In this document: positions 50,901-64,000 of the stretch, piece after piece | Layout of the letters: each line of letters starts with the position of its first letter | Numbering within the stretch: position 1 is the stretch's first letter | From: Pocillopora damicornis | Lineage: Eukaryota | Assembly (NCBI RefSeq): GCF_003704095.1 | Contig: NW_020846727.1 | Location: forward strand, 248,001-312,000 | Direction of reading: 5' to 3' | DNA: 64,000 bases | Program-made: the position numbers and the translations under genes | Notes under the pieces: generated by a model | The model's database searches: none | The model's input: only the letters and a program-made list of their open reading frames with translations | Told to the model about the DNA's origin: nothing

Positions 50901-53900
50901 AAGACATTATGGTATGTCTTCTGCTGAAAAGATGAATTTTCAAATTAAACATGGACATAACAGGAAGCTTGAAATCCACTTTCTTTGTTTAAATAACAGG
51001 AAATTGAGAAGTTTCGTTCCCTTGCTCGGGAAATAAGTTCACTTCCAACTGTGGCACATTTTGACATGGTTCAATTAGACTGCGATGATTTGAAGAGAGG
51101 CCTGGCTACCAAAGCTAATCGTTTTGCAGATCAACTGCTTCAAATGCTGGCTGAAGAACACCGCACAGAAAACAGAAGGTAGTTTGTTACTGCCACAAGT
51201 ATTATCATCTTAATTTATTAAAACATTATCTGGCACACAATGAGACATTCCGATCACTTTGAATAAATACTTTTCTGTCACAAAAATACTAACTGTAGCA
51301 ACCAGATTAGCATGAGAACTTGCCTTAGTTTTGTTCTGAATCACCTTTAAATGTTTGTAGTGTTTTCTTTTTACTTCATTTCCTTTGTTTCATGTCAACT
51401 GTCTTTTGTTTGCAAAGAAGGAAGTCCACTAGCCCCTTAAGTTTGAACTTTCAGTGCATGAATATTTACAAAGGCTTACAATGTTCCTATTTCAAACCTC
51501 TGTCAAAGTCTGGACAAAACGTTTTGAAGGAAAGAACTTATCCATTTTCATGAGGTTAATCCTCCTTGAAGTTTAGGTATCAAAGCACGGGACTTAGGAA
51601 ATGCAATCCAGTTCAAATTATTATAAAAATTGTGGTAGTCAAAAGAAATTTACGAGAAATATATGGTGTGTTGGGTTTATTTTGTTTTACAGAATCATCT
51701 CAGAATTTGAATCAGTAAGAGAACAAGCTCTTACAAAACCTGAGGACACTCGTGAGATGATTGACATGCTGAAGTTTGTTGAGGAAGCTAAGACAAAGAT
51801 CCTTGTCAAACTTGACAGTGACATCAAGGTTACTTCCTCTACCATTTTTCTTTCATAATGTTGAATACACTACTGTCTGCCACATGCCTAAGGGAAATTG
51901 ATTGCTCTTATTAACTTGAAGGTGTCACGAATTGGGTAACTTGGGAAATTTTAATGAGCTTTGATACAATACATGACACTCTTTCCTGTGGTCATACCTA
52001 TTTCCAATTGAAGTTCTGTTTGCTTGCCATTTTACAGATGTTCAGAAAAAAATTGGCCCCAAAACCAAATAACTTATGGAGCCACCCAACAACTTTAGCA
52101 GTGATATTGCTTTTGTAGATTTAAAATTTCACCCTGTCCAATGGGTTGCAGTGTCTATACTGCAACTACAAACCAGGCAATTTCACTCTTAAATTAGTTT
52201 TTTTGGTAACCAGAACAATAGTTAGTTGTTGATTATATTAATAGTGTTTCCTGCCATTTGGGTTGAACACCCGGGAGTCCTGCATTTTTGGCCAGATCAC
52301 TGAGTTTTTTGGTCAAGCTAAGGGAATTGAAAGACAAAGTTTTAGCCATTTAAAAAGGAAGTTGTACATGTTACTTTTAATGAATAATTTTCTATGAAGG
52401 ATGTAGAAGTTACAGTAATGGTTTGGGACTATACTCCATTAAATGGTCATACCTATATCCATTTTTTTGCAGGAGTCATTCAATCGACTGTCTTATCTTT
52501 TGGATGTTTTTACATTCACACAAGAAGACATGAGCCTCAACTCGGAAGTCCTTAACTGGCCAAAAAATATTGCGCCTATCTTTGATCAGAATGATGAGGT
52601 AGTAATACCATTTTGTTTGTTTATCAACAACTATATATGTATTTTTTGAAATTTTTTTGAAACACCATGTGTAGCAATACAGACCTCTGAAAGAGGGGGT
52701 AAGCTTCTAAAGAAACTGTGATGTTACATCAGTGGGAGTGTATAACAAGGTAATTTGGTTTTATCAACTGGGCTGATAATGTAAACCTGCCATCATAAAT
52801 AGTTTCAAAGCTAATGTTTCAAGCTTTAGCCCTTCGCTCTGACACAGGGGTAATGCTTGAAACATCAGCTTTGAAGCTCTTTACGTTGGCCATTTTACAT
52901 TACCAACTCAGTTGATAAAACCAAATTACTTTGACCACAGAAAGGTCTGCCAGCAAATGTTACCCCTATGTTTCACTTTGTCTTGGAAATTTCACTCATT
53001 GGTAATTATGCTACAGTAACTTAATAATATTTGAATTGAAATAGCTGTGTGGTTTTGTAGATTATGGTTGCTGCTCAGAAGAGTAATGAAAGTGCTTTGA
53101 TGGAGAAAAGGGAGAGGGTTATGTTGGAGCTTGATAAAATCAAGAGGTATTGTATTTGTATATACCCTGGTAATACTGTAAACTATAAAATAAAGTTGAC
53201 TTGACGCAAAGATTCAAAATGTAGGTATTTCAAAAATTTTTCTTATGGGTGCTCAAGGTCAGCAATTTTAAATGCATCCTGTAATACTGAGAAAGATAGC
53301 AAAGTTTCGTCATCAATTAGGTAAAAATAGTTATTAATTCTCTAAAGCATTCATATTCCTATTATTTACATCATCATCATCATCATCATCATTATTATTA
53401 TTATTATTATTATTACTATTACTGTTATGCATTGACCATTAAACAGCAACAGGCACTTATTTATAGACAGCATCCACTTACAAAAGTTACAGATCTTCTC
53501 TAAAATATTCATAACAATTGGCTTAGAGATTTTTGAGGAATCTAAAATCTGATTTAAAATCAATGATCAGCACCTTATAAAATAAAGGTAAAAGGAGAAG
53601 ATCTTTTGAGAGATATTCTGGCTATTGTAATTTCTCAATTCCTGGTCAAAAACTTTTGTTTCTCAAAAATATTTAGGTTAATTCAGGTGGAAAGTACTTT
53701 TTTGTTAAGAATTTTGTTTTATTCCAGGCGTGTTGAAGAGTTTAAAGAGTATGGTGATATGGACACAATGATGCAGTATGTAAAAGAGGTCCAGTCAGTT
53801 CAGAAGAAACTTAGTGAGTGTGTGGATGCTATTGGTTTCATCAATGAGGTACTGCTACGTAGTTACATTTGGTTATGTGCACTCTGGTTTTGAACCTTGC

Positions 53901-56900
53901 AATCACAGGAGTTTGTAGCCTGTCGCCAAAGTGATAATACATAGATTTAGCCAAGCCTAAAAGTGGAGCTCTTGTCAGTTTATTTTCCAGCCCCTCATTA
54001 TTCAGAATGAAAGCTGTAGTAAAACTCTTCAGCACTGGCTGTAGATGAGTTTCTTCCAGGGGATTTAGGGACCAGTCGGGGGTGTGGGGAGGAGGAGGAG
54101 AACAATTGATGAGGCCTGGAACCCAAGAAGGATGTTCTCACAACTTGCAAGGGGATCAACATGCATGCTAGTCAGTGGTATCTTCAAACAGCTTAGGACC
54201 TTTGTTGTTGTTCCTGATGTTTTGAGCAAATTTTCGAAGATAGGGAATGTTTTCTTCTTGAGATAAAGTGTATGATGTCAGCATCAGTTGAAATTATATT
54301 CTAATGAGTGTTAAGTATAATTTTGGTTTGGAAAATTAAGCCAAAATGGAAACATATGATGGTAAACTACTTTGCGTTAAGACATCACTGGTTGAATGAA
54401 GAGTGAGAACAGTGAATCAGTAAAACAGTATACCAGAATTGTATGGGCTTCTCTGATATCTTCTCTTGAAGTTGCCAGGTATGACTGCTTGCCCTACCAT
54501 TTTTTCCTAACATTTCAGCCTCCTCTGTTCAGTGTAGAAAATTAAAGAGATAAGTAAATTTCAACTCGTGTTTGAGCCTTTGAAATTTTAATGCACACCT
54601 CAAAAGCATAACAAATAAATTTAAAGTTTCTATTTATTCAGTTTAGGTTAGTGAGATAAAATTGAGTCAAACATTCATATGACGACAGGTACAAGAAATT
54701 TTCACAACTAATTTATAAGGTTAGCCTACCTAGAACAATCACCTTCATGTACAAATTAGACTAGGTTTGTACTTATAATGCACAAAAGAACTTCTGTGGT
54801 AAGAGGACAGGCTTTCCTTTCTTCATTCAAAGAAATACAGAGGTTATCATCTTTCCATAAGGTCAGTGAAAGTGAAAGTGAATGAAATGGATAGTGACCA
54901 TGTTACTTGAATAAATATCCAGAGGAAGCTAAAAAGCAAAAAAAGATATGGTCTGCACAACTCTCTTATTTTTATAACCTATAAAGCTAGGGCACTTATA
55001 TTCTTGCTTTGTGCATTATGTGGATGCTAATTAATTTGAATTTCATGCACTAAAAACAAAAAATGTTCTCTTCAGCTATGTGCCCTAAACATCACAGGGG
55101 AGGAGGCAGGTCAAAGTAAAAACATGAATCAAAATAGGAGGGCCCCCATTAATTTCAGTCCTAATTAGAGGAGGATCCTTGCTTTTCCAGATTCCAACCC
55201 TTTACAACTCACATATCTTGTGGCCAATTCCTTATATCAGTGTTTAGTTTAGGTATGAGCATTGGTAAGAAACAGAATGCATTAATGGGATCTTAAGCAA
55301 GAGTATTTAATGCAATCTAAATGATAATATTACATATTACAAAGTGGCAACTTGCACAGCAAAATTATATATTAATCACACAATTTCAAACAAAAGAGGC
55401 CAGGTTATTAACTCGCCTGGTTCAACTTTTAGGGCTTAATGGACAGAGAAATAGATATGGCAAACAGTTACAATTTATACTAAGTTGAAATTTTGAAAGC
55501 TAAAAGATATACTTTACAATCATCACACCCTATGCATCCCAGAAAAGAAAGGGTCAATTACCACCATAACATCTCCCAAATGTTCATGCCTACAGGAAAT
55601 CATTAATTTTTGTCACTAGGTGGTACTATACTTACAATAGATATACCGACACAAATGCATTTTTCTAAGTGGAAAGTTCTTGCATTGAGGACTGACATTT
55701 CAATTACCTCAGCAAACTGTAATCATCAGAATTGCAATTAAGCCAAGGTGTATTTACCAAGTGCTCAAGTTTCTAAATTAGTCACATTATTGTTATTACA
55801 ATGGAGTTCACTCCTTTTGGAGGCTATCTTCAGCTTGATCATCCTGTTACATGTGAAAACATCAAATGTTACTCACATATTCAATTAATTACCTGAATCA
55901 AAAGTTATAATTTTTTTTAATAACCTACTTCCTTGAATTGTGTTCCAATAGTAAATAATAAATGGTATTGAAGAGAAAGGAAGAAAGTTCTTGAAACCTT
56001 TCATTGTAAACAAACCATAATGAAGCATGATATGAATAAATTTAATTTCACTCAGTTTGAATGTAGAATCCAAAATCTAATTAACTTAGAGGTGAATAGG
56101 AAAAAGCTCAATGTGTTTTTACTGCTTCTGTCTTTCTTAATATGACAAATAAATTACACCACTAATTAACCCTGTAACCCCTATTAGAGTGACTAGCATC
56201 GAATTTCTCTCTACAATATCATCCCTGAATCATACATTAAGGTCATGAGGATAAAGGAAATGATCACTAACTAAAGATGCTCTTGATTGTTAAACAAATT
56301 CTTGTTGCTAGCACCTTAGGATATGTATGGAGAACAAACAGTATGGAGAATATGCATAATAATGTTAAGGTGCAAGTGTGATTTTTTGATGATGGGTACT
56401 TTTTCTCATGGACATCTAAGTTTAGTATCTATCTTTTACCAGCTGACAATTATGAGAAGAATCAAGTCCACACTGGTAATATGACACATTGAAGGCAAAT
56501 CCTATGACTGATTAAATTTTATTTGATCAAAAACATGAAGGGCATTAAAGAAAACTAGCCAGAGCAATTCAAGTTTCCCTTCTTAAGTATTCTGTGATGT
56601 TTTTTCTATCATATGGTAAAGTTTACAGTTTCCCTCATTTCATTGTCTTCTGTTTATTTGTTTGTTTGCTTTCCTAACAATCTTAACTACACTGTATTGT
56701 TGCTAACAAATGCAAGAAGCTTGTAAAATATGTACAGTTGTTAACCCTTTAATCACTGAGAATGACTAGCATCTAATTTATCCTTTCAAAATCACCCCTG
56801 AATCAAACATTAAGTAATGAGAATAAAGGAAATGATAATCAACTGAAGAACCTCTCGATTGTTAAACAAGTTCTCCTTACCAGCACATTAGGAAATGTGT

Positions 56901-59900
56901 AGAGAACAGTATGGAGAATATGCATACTGATGTTGGGATGTAAAGAGACATCATATAATCAGTTTTATATGTGTAGAGTTTTGCTTGAATATGTGATTGT
57001 GTTAAGTGCAAGTGCCTAGTGAGCATCATTCTATGGTCTTCTTCTCTTCCACCTTGGAGGGTGCCTCATGTACATGAAAAACTTCAGTGCCTTTAGTAGC
57101 TTTTTAGACGACAAAGATCAACAAAGAACAATAGCCACACCAAAAAAATGTTTTTAAAGACACCTCTTTATGGCAGGTACACACAACTAACATTTTTGAG
57201 TGAAGCATGTTAAGCATTAAAGTATGGTTGTCAATATGCCTTTCATTACTTGCAAACAGCTTTTTTTTATTGTCCTTGAAAACTCCTGTATCCTCGCTTT
57301 CAAAAAAAGCATTTCCCATGAGAATTTAAACATTAAAGACATAAGCTATACCAGCAACAGGCTTTTCCATTGTAAGTGTTTCATAACATCGTGTTCACAC
57401 ACACTTTTTTTTGTTACATATGAAAGCATAAGAATATTTTAATCATTACAATAGCATGACTTTGATAGAATTTCTCCTTACACTATCAATATGATATAAA
57501 GCAGACAAGTAATGAAAATAAAGAAAAATATCAATTAGGGGATTGTTGGTCGATCCAATTCCAAATTCTTCAAACTAACATCACATAAATTGTATGGCAG
57601 ACAGTAAGGAGAATTACTAATGAAATCTTGGGAGTTAAGGGGTTAAGACACATGTGGTAATCATATGTACCAGAAAGACTTTGAATAAATATAGCATTAT
57701 ACTCCAGTAAAGTGTTCTTATGTAGAGTGAAGTTTCAAACTCATTGAAATTAAGTTGACTTCATGTTTCAGATTTTAATAAAAGAAATGTGTAATATCTT
57801 TTTACAATGATGAAAAGGGAATGCCATTTATGAATTTTAAAATAGTAAATGCCAAAAACTTAGATGTAATTTTAAAAAACTACTAAAATATGGCATATCT
57901 GTTCACTGAGATTTTAATCATTAGCAGGTGCACTGATATAAAAAGAGGCTTTGTGCAAAAACACCAGGGGGATAAAATTAAACAGTCAGGAAAAGCTTAT
58001 GACATTATCTAGAAAATTATACTGATGTTCTCACCTAAACTCAGTCTGGAAAGAGAGCTCTGCAACGCTTCTGTTTTATCCTCCCAGTCACTTCAACTAA
58101 AACATAAAATTTAATTATTTGCAGCCAGGTTAAGGAGGAAATTGATGGAATGGATATATGTTGCATAAAAACAAACCTCTTGCATATAACATGTCTATGC
58201 TTCTGAATACAGCTACAATAGGTAAATTTAAGCAATTATTTACATATGTAAACTGGGTGCAATGTACAGTAATTTTAAAGTAATTTTATTCTAACCTTCC
58301 TCCTTGAAGGATGCCTTATGTATCAATTATATCAAGTTCAGTACCTCCAGAGTCATAAGCCGGGCTATTGGGGCCATAAAATAATAAAATAATCAATGAG
58401 GTATGCCAGGCCAATTTATCGAGAGTCAACCAAGTATAGTTTCCCAAAATCATATGGAGAGTTTAAAATGTGCTTCACTAGTGCTACATATATGGATTTA
58501 TCGTTCTTAATTACTGATGAAATTCTGAGAGTGTGACTCAATTAACTCAAAAGAAGATATCCAAGCAGGTTGCAGGTTACAGAAATGGTTCATGAATTGT
58601 AACCTGATAATGTGTTTACAAAACTCCCCAAAATTATGGTGCCAATACGAATTTATCAGTCATAGTCACTCACAAAATTCCGATATTGCACCTCAATGAT
58701 ATTCAACAGAAAATATCCAGGAAGGTTACAGAAACAGAATCTCAAAAACTCGAATTCGACAACTGTAAACAACAATTATTTACGCCAACCATGTACTTAC
58801 CAGCATGCTTGTGAGCTCAAATTGCCAGGACCCTGTTTAATTACACAATCACAGCTTGGACGCTTCTTGCAAAATGTGATGAATATCAATTTTAGAGATT
58901 GATTCCTCAGTTTCCAGCATTAGGAAAAAATAATTGTATTGCAAGCACGTTCACCATAACCCAAGCACTAAGTACACCTCCAGATATCAAGGCTCCATGC
59001 TTTGGGAGACAAACCATTTCATGAAGTTCGAATGAATCGTGTAGAAAGCATGAAAACATAGCGCTGAAAAGTACCATGACCAAACGATGAAATTCACTCT
59101 TCCCACAGTAGGATTAACGCCATTTTACCCATGAGTTTGTTTACACCACAAATTTGCACTCACAATTTAATTCTCAGATGGGTTCTCACAGGACAATATT
59201 TTCAAAATAAAATTACCGCATCAAACTTAATGTAAACATGCACACATCACTGACTCAATCTCAATATATTTAAATCTTGGGGAAGGCTATTACTTTGTTC
59301 TTAGGGTAAAACAACAAATCTTTGACAAAGCGTCATTTCTTAAATGAATAATGTAAACCACATGATAGCTAACTGAAGAGAGAATGATAGAGACTTGCTC
59401 ATGCCGTTCACTATCATTTTAAAATTTTCTAGGCAAGACATAATCATGACTGTATGAAACATTCCAAAAGGTAGGACAGGAAATAATTTTAAGAATACGA
59501 ACACTTTGAAATGTTATTCGAGCAATGAACTGGCATGAGGGTTTTAAAGCAATGAATGCAAAAGTCAATGTTTTACTGAAACATGATTTGAATTATAAAC
59601 TGAAGCTAGCATCAAACAAAGATTGGGAAGACTGGGCCTTAGCATATAAGAGAAGACCCAAATGAGACATGACTTACCTTCTCTTCTTTCTCAGATCCTT
59701 TGTGGTTTGCTTCTCTTTGTTGATGACCCCTTTCCAGTCTGTTTTCTGGAAACCCTTTCTCCACGAACTTGAATTATAACAATTTCCTGCGGTTGACAAA
59801 GCTTTAGCTCTGCCGGTATTGTTGCTTTGTGAGTTGATTAAAAATTGCAAAATACTGAGAATCACTGTTCAACTACAACCTCACCTACTTTGATTTCTTG

Positions 59901-62900
59901 CTCAAAATGCGTGTTGCAAATTATTTGCTTATGTGGCCTCACATCTACTAGCCCATGTGAACCCCATCTGTAATGCGTAACTGTGTGCCCGGCATATGCT
60001 GCACTAAAAATCGGCACTTAAGTACACGCACTTCATTGCGATCTGCCTGTGTCTCCTGGCACAAATGGGGTATCCTTACACATGCAATCACACATGCATA
60101 TTACCTTCTTCTCTTTCCTTTATGTAATGGCTAAGATAGTGCCCGCAATGCAGTTAGCCACGCATGCACCTTGCATAGACTCCCACATGGTGTCAAGTCC
60201 AAATTTCTTTTGACTTGATGGGTTACTACTATTTTGTATAATTATGGGGCTACGCTGAGTCTGCTGTACATGCTGCGAGCTCTGCTTTTAATAGCTTCTC
60301 TTGAGAATACCCTCTAAAAGGAGGCAACAAGAAGTCATTTGGCGAAAAAGCTACAAAACAACAAGGCAGTGATTTGCAAAAGAAGTCTATTAATTGCTTA
60401 CAAGCTGTTAGACTATATCATGGAATTTCAAATAAACTGTGTTCTTCCACATTTGCTAGGCTGTATCTAATAGGGGAGTGAGAGAATGAACAACCATTAC
60501 AATATCACCTTTGATATTGGTTGTTAGGTTTAATTACTTCTCCAAAACTAACCCATCACTTCCTTTTTTAATTATTAGGAAGAGGATTTATTTAAATGGG
60601 AGCAAACATCTTATCCTGACGTAGAATCCATTACTAAAGCTATTGAGCCTTACCAAAAGCTGTTTACAACAACTGTGAAATGGCAAAGAGCTGAGAAAAA
60701 ATGGATGGATGGAGCTTTTCTTGAGTTAAATGCTGAAGCCACAGAAGCAGAGGTATGGAGGCAGTTAAAGCAGAAACGTTTGCCCTTATAACCTTGTCAG
60801 CCATGCACAGAATGATTTCCAGAATCAGCACCACCAGAAATAAATTTCAAGAAGTTGGAAAGTTATTGTGGTTTTGAAATTTGTATTTTTCAACTGGTGC
60901 AATATTGAATTTTTTTACTCTTTTAAAAAGGTAAGAAAAGATAGAAAATAGGAATGAACCTTTTCCACTTTTCATGTTTCATGAAACTATTCTTAGTGGT
61001 CAGCAAACTTTTCTAAATAGTTAATCAAACTGTTCTCTTGTTAATTTTTATCTTTAAGGTAGAGGAATATGGTCGTGAGATGTACAAAATTACAAAAGTG
61101 TTCCAAGCAATGAAGAAAGAGGCAGAGAAAGAAAAGAAAGGTAACAGAAGAGTTAAGGATTCCAAAGAGAAAGAGGAGCCAGGATCAGAAATAGCTGCTT
61201 TAGTGGTTTCTCATGCAGTACAGCAACAGATCAGGGAATTTAAGGTAAGCTATTATGACCTGTATTTTTTTAATTAACCAGCAGAAGAATTCTTGGAAAG
61301 GGAGCTAACAATGATGTGATTTCTCTTAAACAGATAATTGCATTGGAGATACTTTTGTTTGGCTTAACCCTAGTCAATTGCAGAGCACCTGTTCAAAATA
61401 ATTATTTTACCAAAGGTTCATTCATTTTTGTTTATGTTGCAACTGAGGAAGTATAAAATTAATTGCTTTTTACATCACCTTTAAGAATTGGAAAAGATGA
61501 GCTTAAGTGAGGATAACTGTCCTACCACAACAACCCTTGCTGCTAAAAATTACTCTTCATGCCATGCCCATGTGTATTTTTTTACTGTTATATATACTTC
61601 TAAAGGAAATATCTTGTAAACAGTTAAATCTTTTTCATTTAATGATCACTAATCGTTTTTATTTAGGATCACATTCCTGTTATAAGTGTTATGTGTAACC
61701 CTGGAATTCGTTCTCGGCACTGGAAGGCCATGTCAGACATCATTGGATTTGACATCACTCCAGACTCTGGAAGCACATTACGTAAGGTCCTCAAGTTCAA
61801 TTTAAGGCCATTCATGGATGAGTTTGAGGGCATCAGTGTAGGGGCTAGCAAGGTAAGACAAAATACTGTAAGGTAAACAGAATTTTTAGCTACTTTGATT
61901 CTACCACTGTAATGGTACTTTCTTACTTAGGCTTTGGTTAATTTTAATGTTAAAAGTGAGAATTGATTTATAATTAGCAGTAGATTATTTAAAAAGCTGC
62001 TTAAACAAAGACACAGATGTTGCATCATGTTTGTGTTGACATGCAAGATGTACGCATTAGCACATCTGCCATTTTTTGATGTGCTTAGCATGCCATATTA
62101 TGATATATGTGTCATGAGTTTACATTAACTCCATGTTTTCTTGTGGAAGGTCCCAATGTGGTTATAAAATCTTGGAAATTAGATTGGCTGAAACACAGAA
62201 TCCAAAGTTAAGCTTGTGATTTGAGGAATGTGGAATTAGGAGAACTAAGAAAGATTAGGAGGAATACAAATAAATGATATTGATATATTCATAGTTATTA
62301 ATAAATTTGTAATGCAAATGAACATTGATAATTGGCTTATTTCATTTCTTTTACATAGCTGTTGCAGTCAACTTTAAAAAAAGTAGATGTATGGAGTTAT
62401 CGGATCATAGCATTTTCACAGTAAAGGCCTACACTACAGAGAGATAATCATTAGTTGGGCCACAATCTCAAAAGTGTTAAAAAAGTAAGAATTCAAGTGT
62501 TACGAGGTAATGGTCATACAGCTTATCTCTGTGCATTTTAGGAATTTTCATTGGAGAAAGCCATGCAGAAGATGGTAGATGAATGGGACAGTGTTATGTT
62601 TAATACCACTGAATATCGAGACACTGGTGTGTCTATCCTGGCTGCTGTTGATGAAATACAAACCACTCTTGATGATCAAATTGTCAAGACCCAGACCATG
62701 AGAGGATCTCCATTCATAAAACCATTTGAGGCAGAAATAAAGGTCTGTCTATGATATGTCAATTAATGACATTCTTTTACCTTCATGGTTCTGTCCTGTA
62801 ATTGATTTGCTTGATAGAAACATAGCATTGATTTACATAGAATACTTTCAAATCACATAAATTTGTTATATTCCGTATGTTATATTATACTCTGATTTAA

Positions 62901-63560
62901 TAGTAGAAAAAATTGTACTTTTCATCCTAAATCAATTGACAACTTAAAATGCTCATTAAAATAACTTTGTTCAAAATTTTTAATTGATCTGTACTGTAAT
63001 CACATGTCTTACATTGTTTGGTTTGCAGTCGTGGGAAGAACGCCTGTTGAAGATGCAGGAAATAATTGATGAGTGGCTTAAAGTTCAAGCACAGTGGCTT
63101 TACTTGGAGCCTATCTTCAGTTCCGAGGATATAATGCAGCAGATGCCAGAGGAAGGACGCAAGTTTAAGACTGTTGACAGGAACTGGAGAGACATTATGA
63201 ATTATGTGTGCAAAGATCCTAAGGTAGACAACATGTGATGTCTAGTTCAGTTAAGTTGCATTATATTTTGCGTTTCAGGTTGGATGTACATTTAAATGTA
63301 TTTTTTCTTGTCTTATTAACTTTAAGTGATATGTGTCTGCATAAGTATTTTAGAGCAGTTTTACATTTGTGTAAGTGAATTCAGTGCATATATATAAGTA
63401 ACCAAATGTTATTAATATTGCACTATTATGATGTGTAGGTGCTTTCAGCTACATCAATGCCAAGTATGTATGAAAGATTAAAAGACAGCAATGACTTGCT
63501 TGACCAGATCAACAAAGGACTAAATGCCTATTTAGAAAAGAAGAGAATTTTCTTCTCCAG
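38916..63560 (+). CDS. DNAH12: Axonemal inner-arm dynein heavy chain, DNAH12-like; N-terminal tail and DHC_N2 region, 22 coding exons, 3' incomplete
   Basis: Exons 38916-39079, 39583-39673, 40223-40249, 40706-40895, 42756-42825, 46586-46747, 47276-47359, 47803-47914, 48024-48230, 49012-49150, 50092-50180, 51000-51178, 51693-51828, 52473-52598, 53061-53146, 53728-53848, 60579-60752, 61059-61244, 61667-61852, 62542-62742, 63029-63223, 63439-63560; phases agree. [58 protein letters not shown] and GIDYSSPW...NLHILHPSM fit DNAH12 better than DNAH7 or DNAH3. Confidence 0.88.
42010..42140. repeat. Cluster of ACCATGGT(TGAC) palindromic units, probable MITE relic
   Basis: About six direct and inverted copies of accatggt/gtcaac within 130 bp. 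Confidence 0.45.
43112..43593. mobile_element. Non-autonomous repeat with a long internal palindrome and a second inverted pair (possibly Crypton-like)
   Basis: tggtaattgaa...aatttggt.gaaatcata ... tatgctttcagaccaaaatt...tcaattacca palindrome; ttattacatccattttgaaattg ... caatttcaaaatgggtgtaataa pair. Confidence 0.55.
43781..45863 (-). mobile_element. Internally deleted Gypsy/Ty3 LTR retrotransposon (gag, protease, integrase tail; RT/RNase H missing)
   Basis: Diverged LTRs 45733-45863 and 43781-43890; PBS TGGCGACAAGG next to the 5' LTR; PPT GGAAAAAGAAAGAGA next to the 3' LTR; gag KWRKW...[14 protein letters not shown]; knuckles CFNCGKAGH and [13 protein letters not shown]; protease LTDSGS. 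Confidence 0.88.
45944..45993 (-). ncRNA. Decayed minimal type I hammerhead-like motif (Penelope-type)
   Basis: Minus strand accc-CTGACGA-aagcacatgacagaagtctc-GAAA-tgtt-gggt; stem I closes, stem II is mismatched. Confidence 0.45.
52696..52929. repeat. Penelope-associated foldback repeat (arms 52750-52929) with decayed hammerhead cores on both strands
   Basis: gtaatttggttttatcaactg ... cagttgataaaaccaaattac inverted arms; centre ctgacacaggggtaatgcttgaaacatc (52839-52866). Confidence 0.7.
53388..53422. repeat. (CAT)n(ATT)n compound microsatellite
   Basis: Direct reading. Confidence 0.9.
56165..57646. mobile_element. Three decayed TTAA-type (piggyBac-like) MITE copies (~56165-56375, 56741-56950, 57455-57646)
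   Basis: ttaaccct...tgactagcatc.aattt...ataaaggaaatgat...gtatggagaatatgcat shared by the first two; the third ends atcttgggagttaaggggttaa, related to 14212-14415. Confidence 0.7.
60170..60295. repeat. Terminus-like segment of an unclassified coral DNA repeat
   Basis: gatgggttactactattttgtataattatggggctacgct...gagctctgc pattern recognised from memory; classification uncertain. Confidence 0.35.
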
Positions 63561-64000
63561 GTTAGTCAGGCTCAACATCCAATGCACAATATTACAGTTT
63601 TGTTGTTAAAATATAAAATTATATATTATTTTTTAATCTTCACTGATGCATAACAGTTTGATTAGAATCCTGCACTCATAGTAAACGCCTTTATAGTTAG
63701 AAATGTCAAGAAACTTACAAAGCCAGATTCTTATCACCAAAAACTGTGCTAGAAAGATTTTTTTGTTACAAGTGATTGTTGAAAGTTCTCAGAGATTGCA
63801 TTGGTTTTCTTGAGTATCTGCTATGATGGTCTATAAAACCAACTTTTTATTAGAAAAGCAGGGTATACTGGCTAATAATACACAATAATTGAAAATTGCA
63901 ATATTTCTGATCAAAGCTCATCCTTTTTCTGTTACTAAATAAGTGCTGTATGAATGCTGAAACTCTGTATCTTTTTTATTTGGAACATTAATTCCTCACT

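Noticed and set aside
53366-53563. ORF ending in poly-I/poly-M
   Set aside because: Microsatellite translation.
63030-63037. CSL-type site CGTGGGAA (and TTCTCACG at 5581-5588)
   Set aside because: Both lie in coding exons and are explained by codon content or chance.
38916-63560. Calling the dynein DNAH7 or DNAH3
   Set aside because: [25 protein letters not shown] and the short N-terminus match DNAH12 better by recall; a phylogeny should confirm.

Overview
AT-rich, intron-rich animal genomic DNA, probably a stony coral (inferred from repeat families and gene content, not proven). It has small N gaps. Three + strand genes can be rebuilt exon by exon with consistent phases: a two-exon Mastermind-like Notch co-activator (3827-6099), a 21-exon PWP2/UTP1 (13459-36537; exon 4 partly in a gap; one U12-type intron), and the 5' part of an axonemal inner-arm dynein heavy chain most like DNAH12 (22 coding exons from 38916, running off the window), with RFX X-boxes in its promoter. 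Introns and spacers hold many transposon relics: a Merlin/IS1595-type transposase pseudogene, L2/CR1 and RTE LINE pieces, a deleted Gypsy element, Penelope pieces with decayed hammerhead cores, and hAT- and piggyBac-type MITEs. The best candidate for something new is a 1.5-kb element in PWP2 intron 11 (26558-28069). It has GG-ended TIRs and an exact 8-bp TSD (Merlin-like) but no transposase; instead it carries a decayed Zn-finger/coiled-coil/CCDC106-like gene. Also notable: an inverted copy of PWP2 exon 4 in intron 5, a 2A-like motif in an L2 ORF, a foldback with a hammerhead core over a branch point, and antisense exon-like relics in dynein introns. All homology calls are from motif recognition, not database searches.
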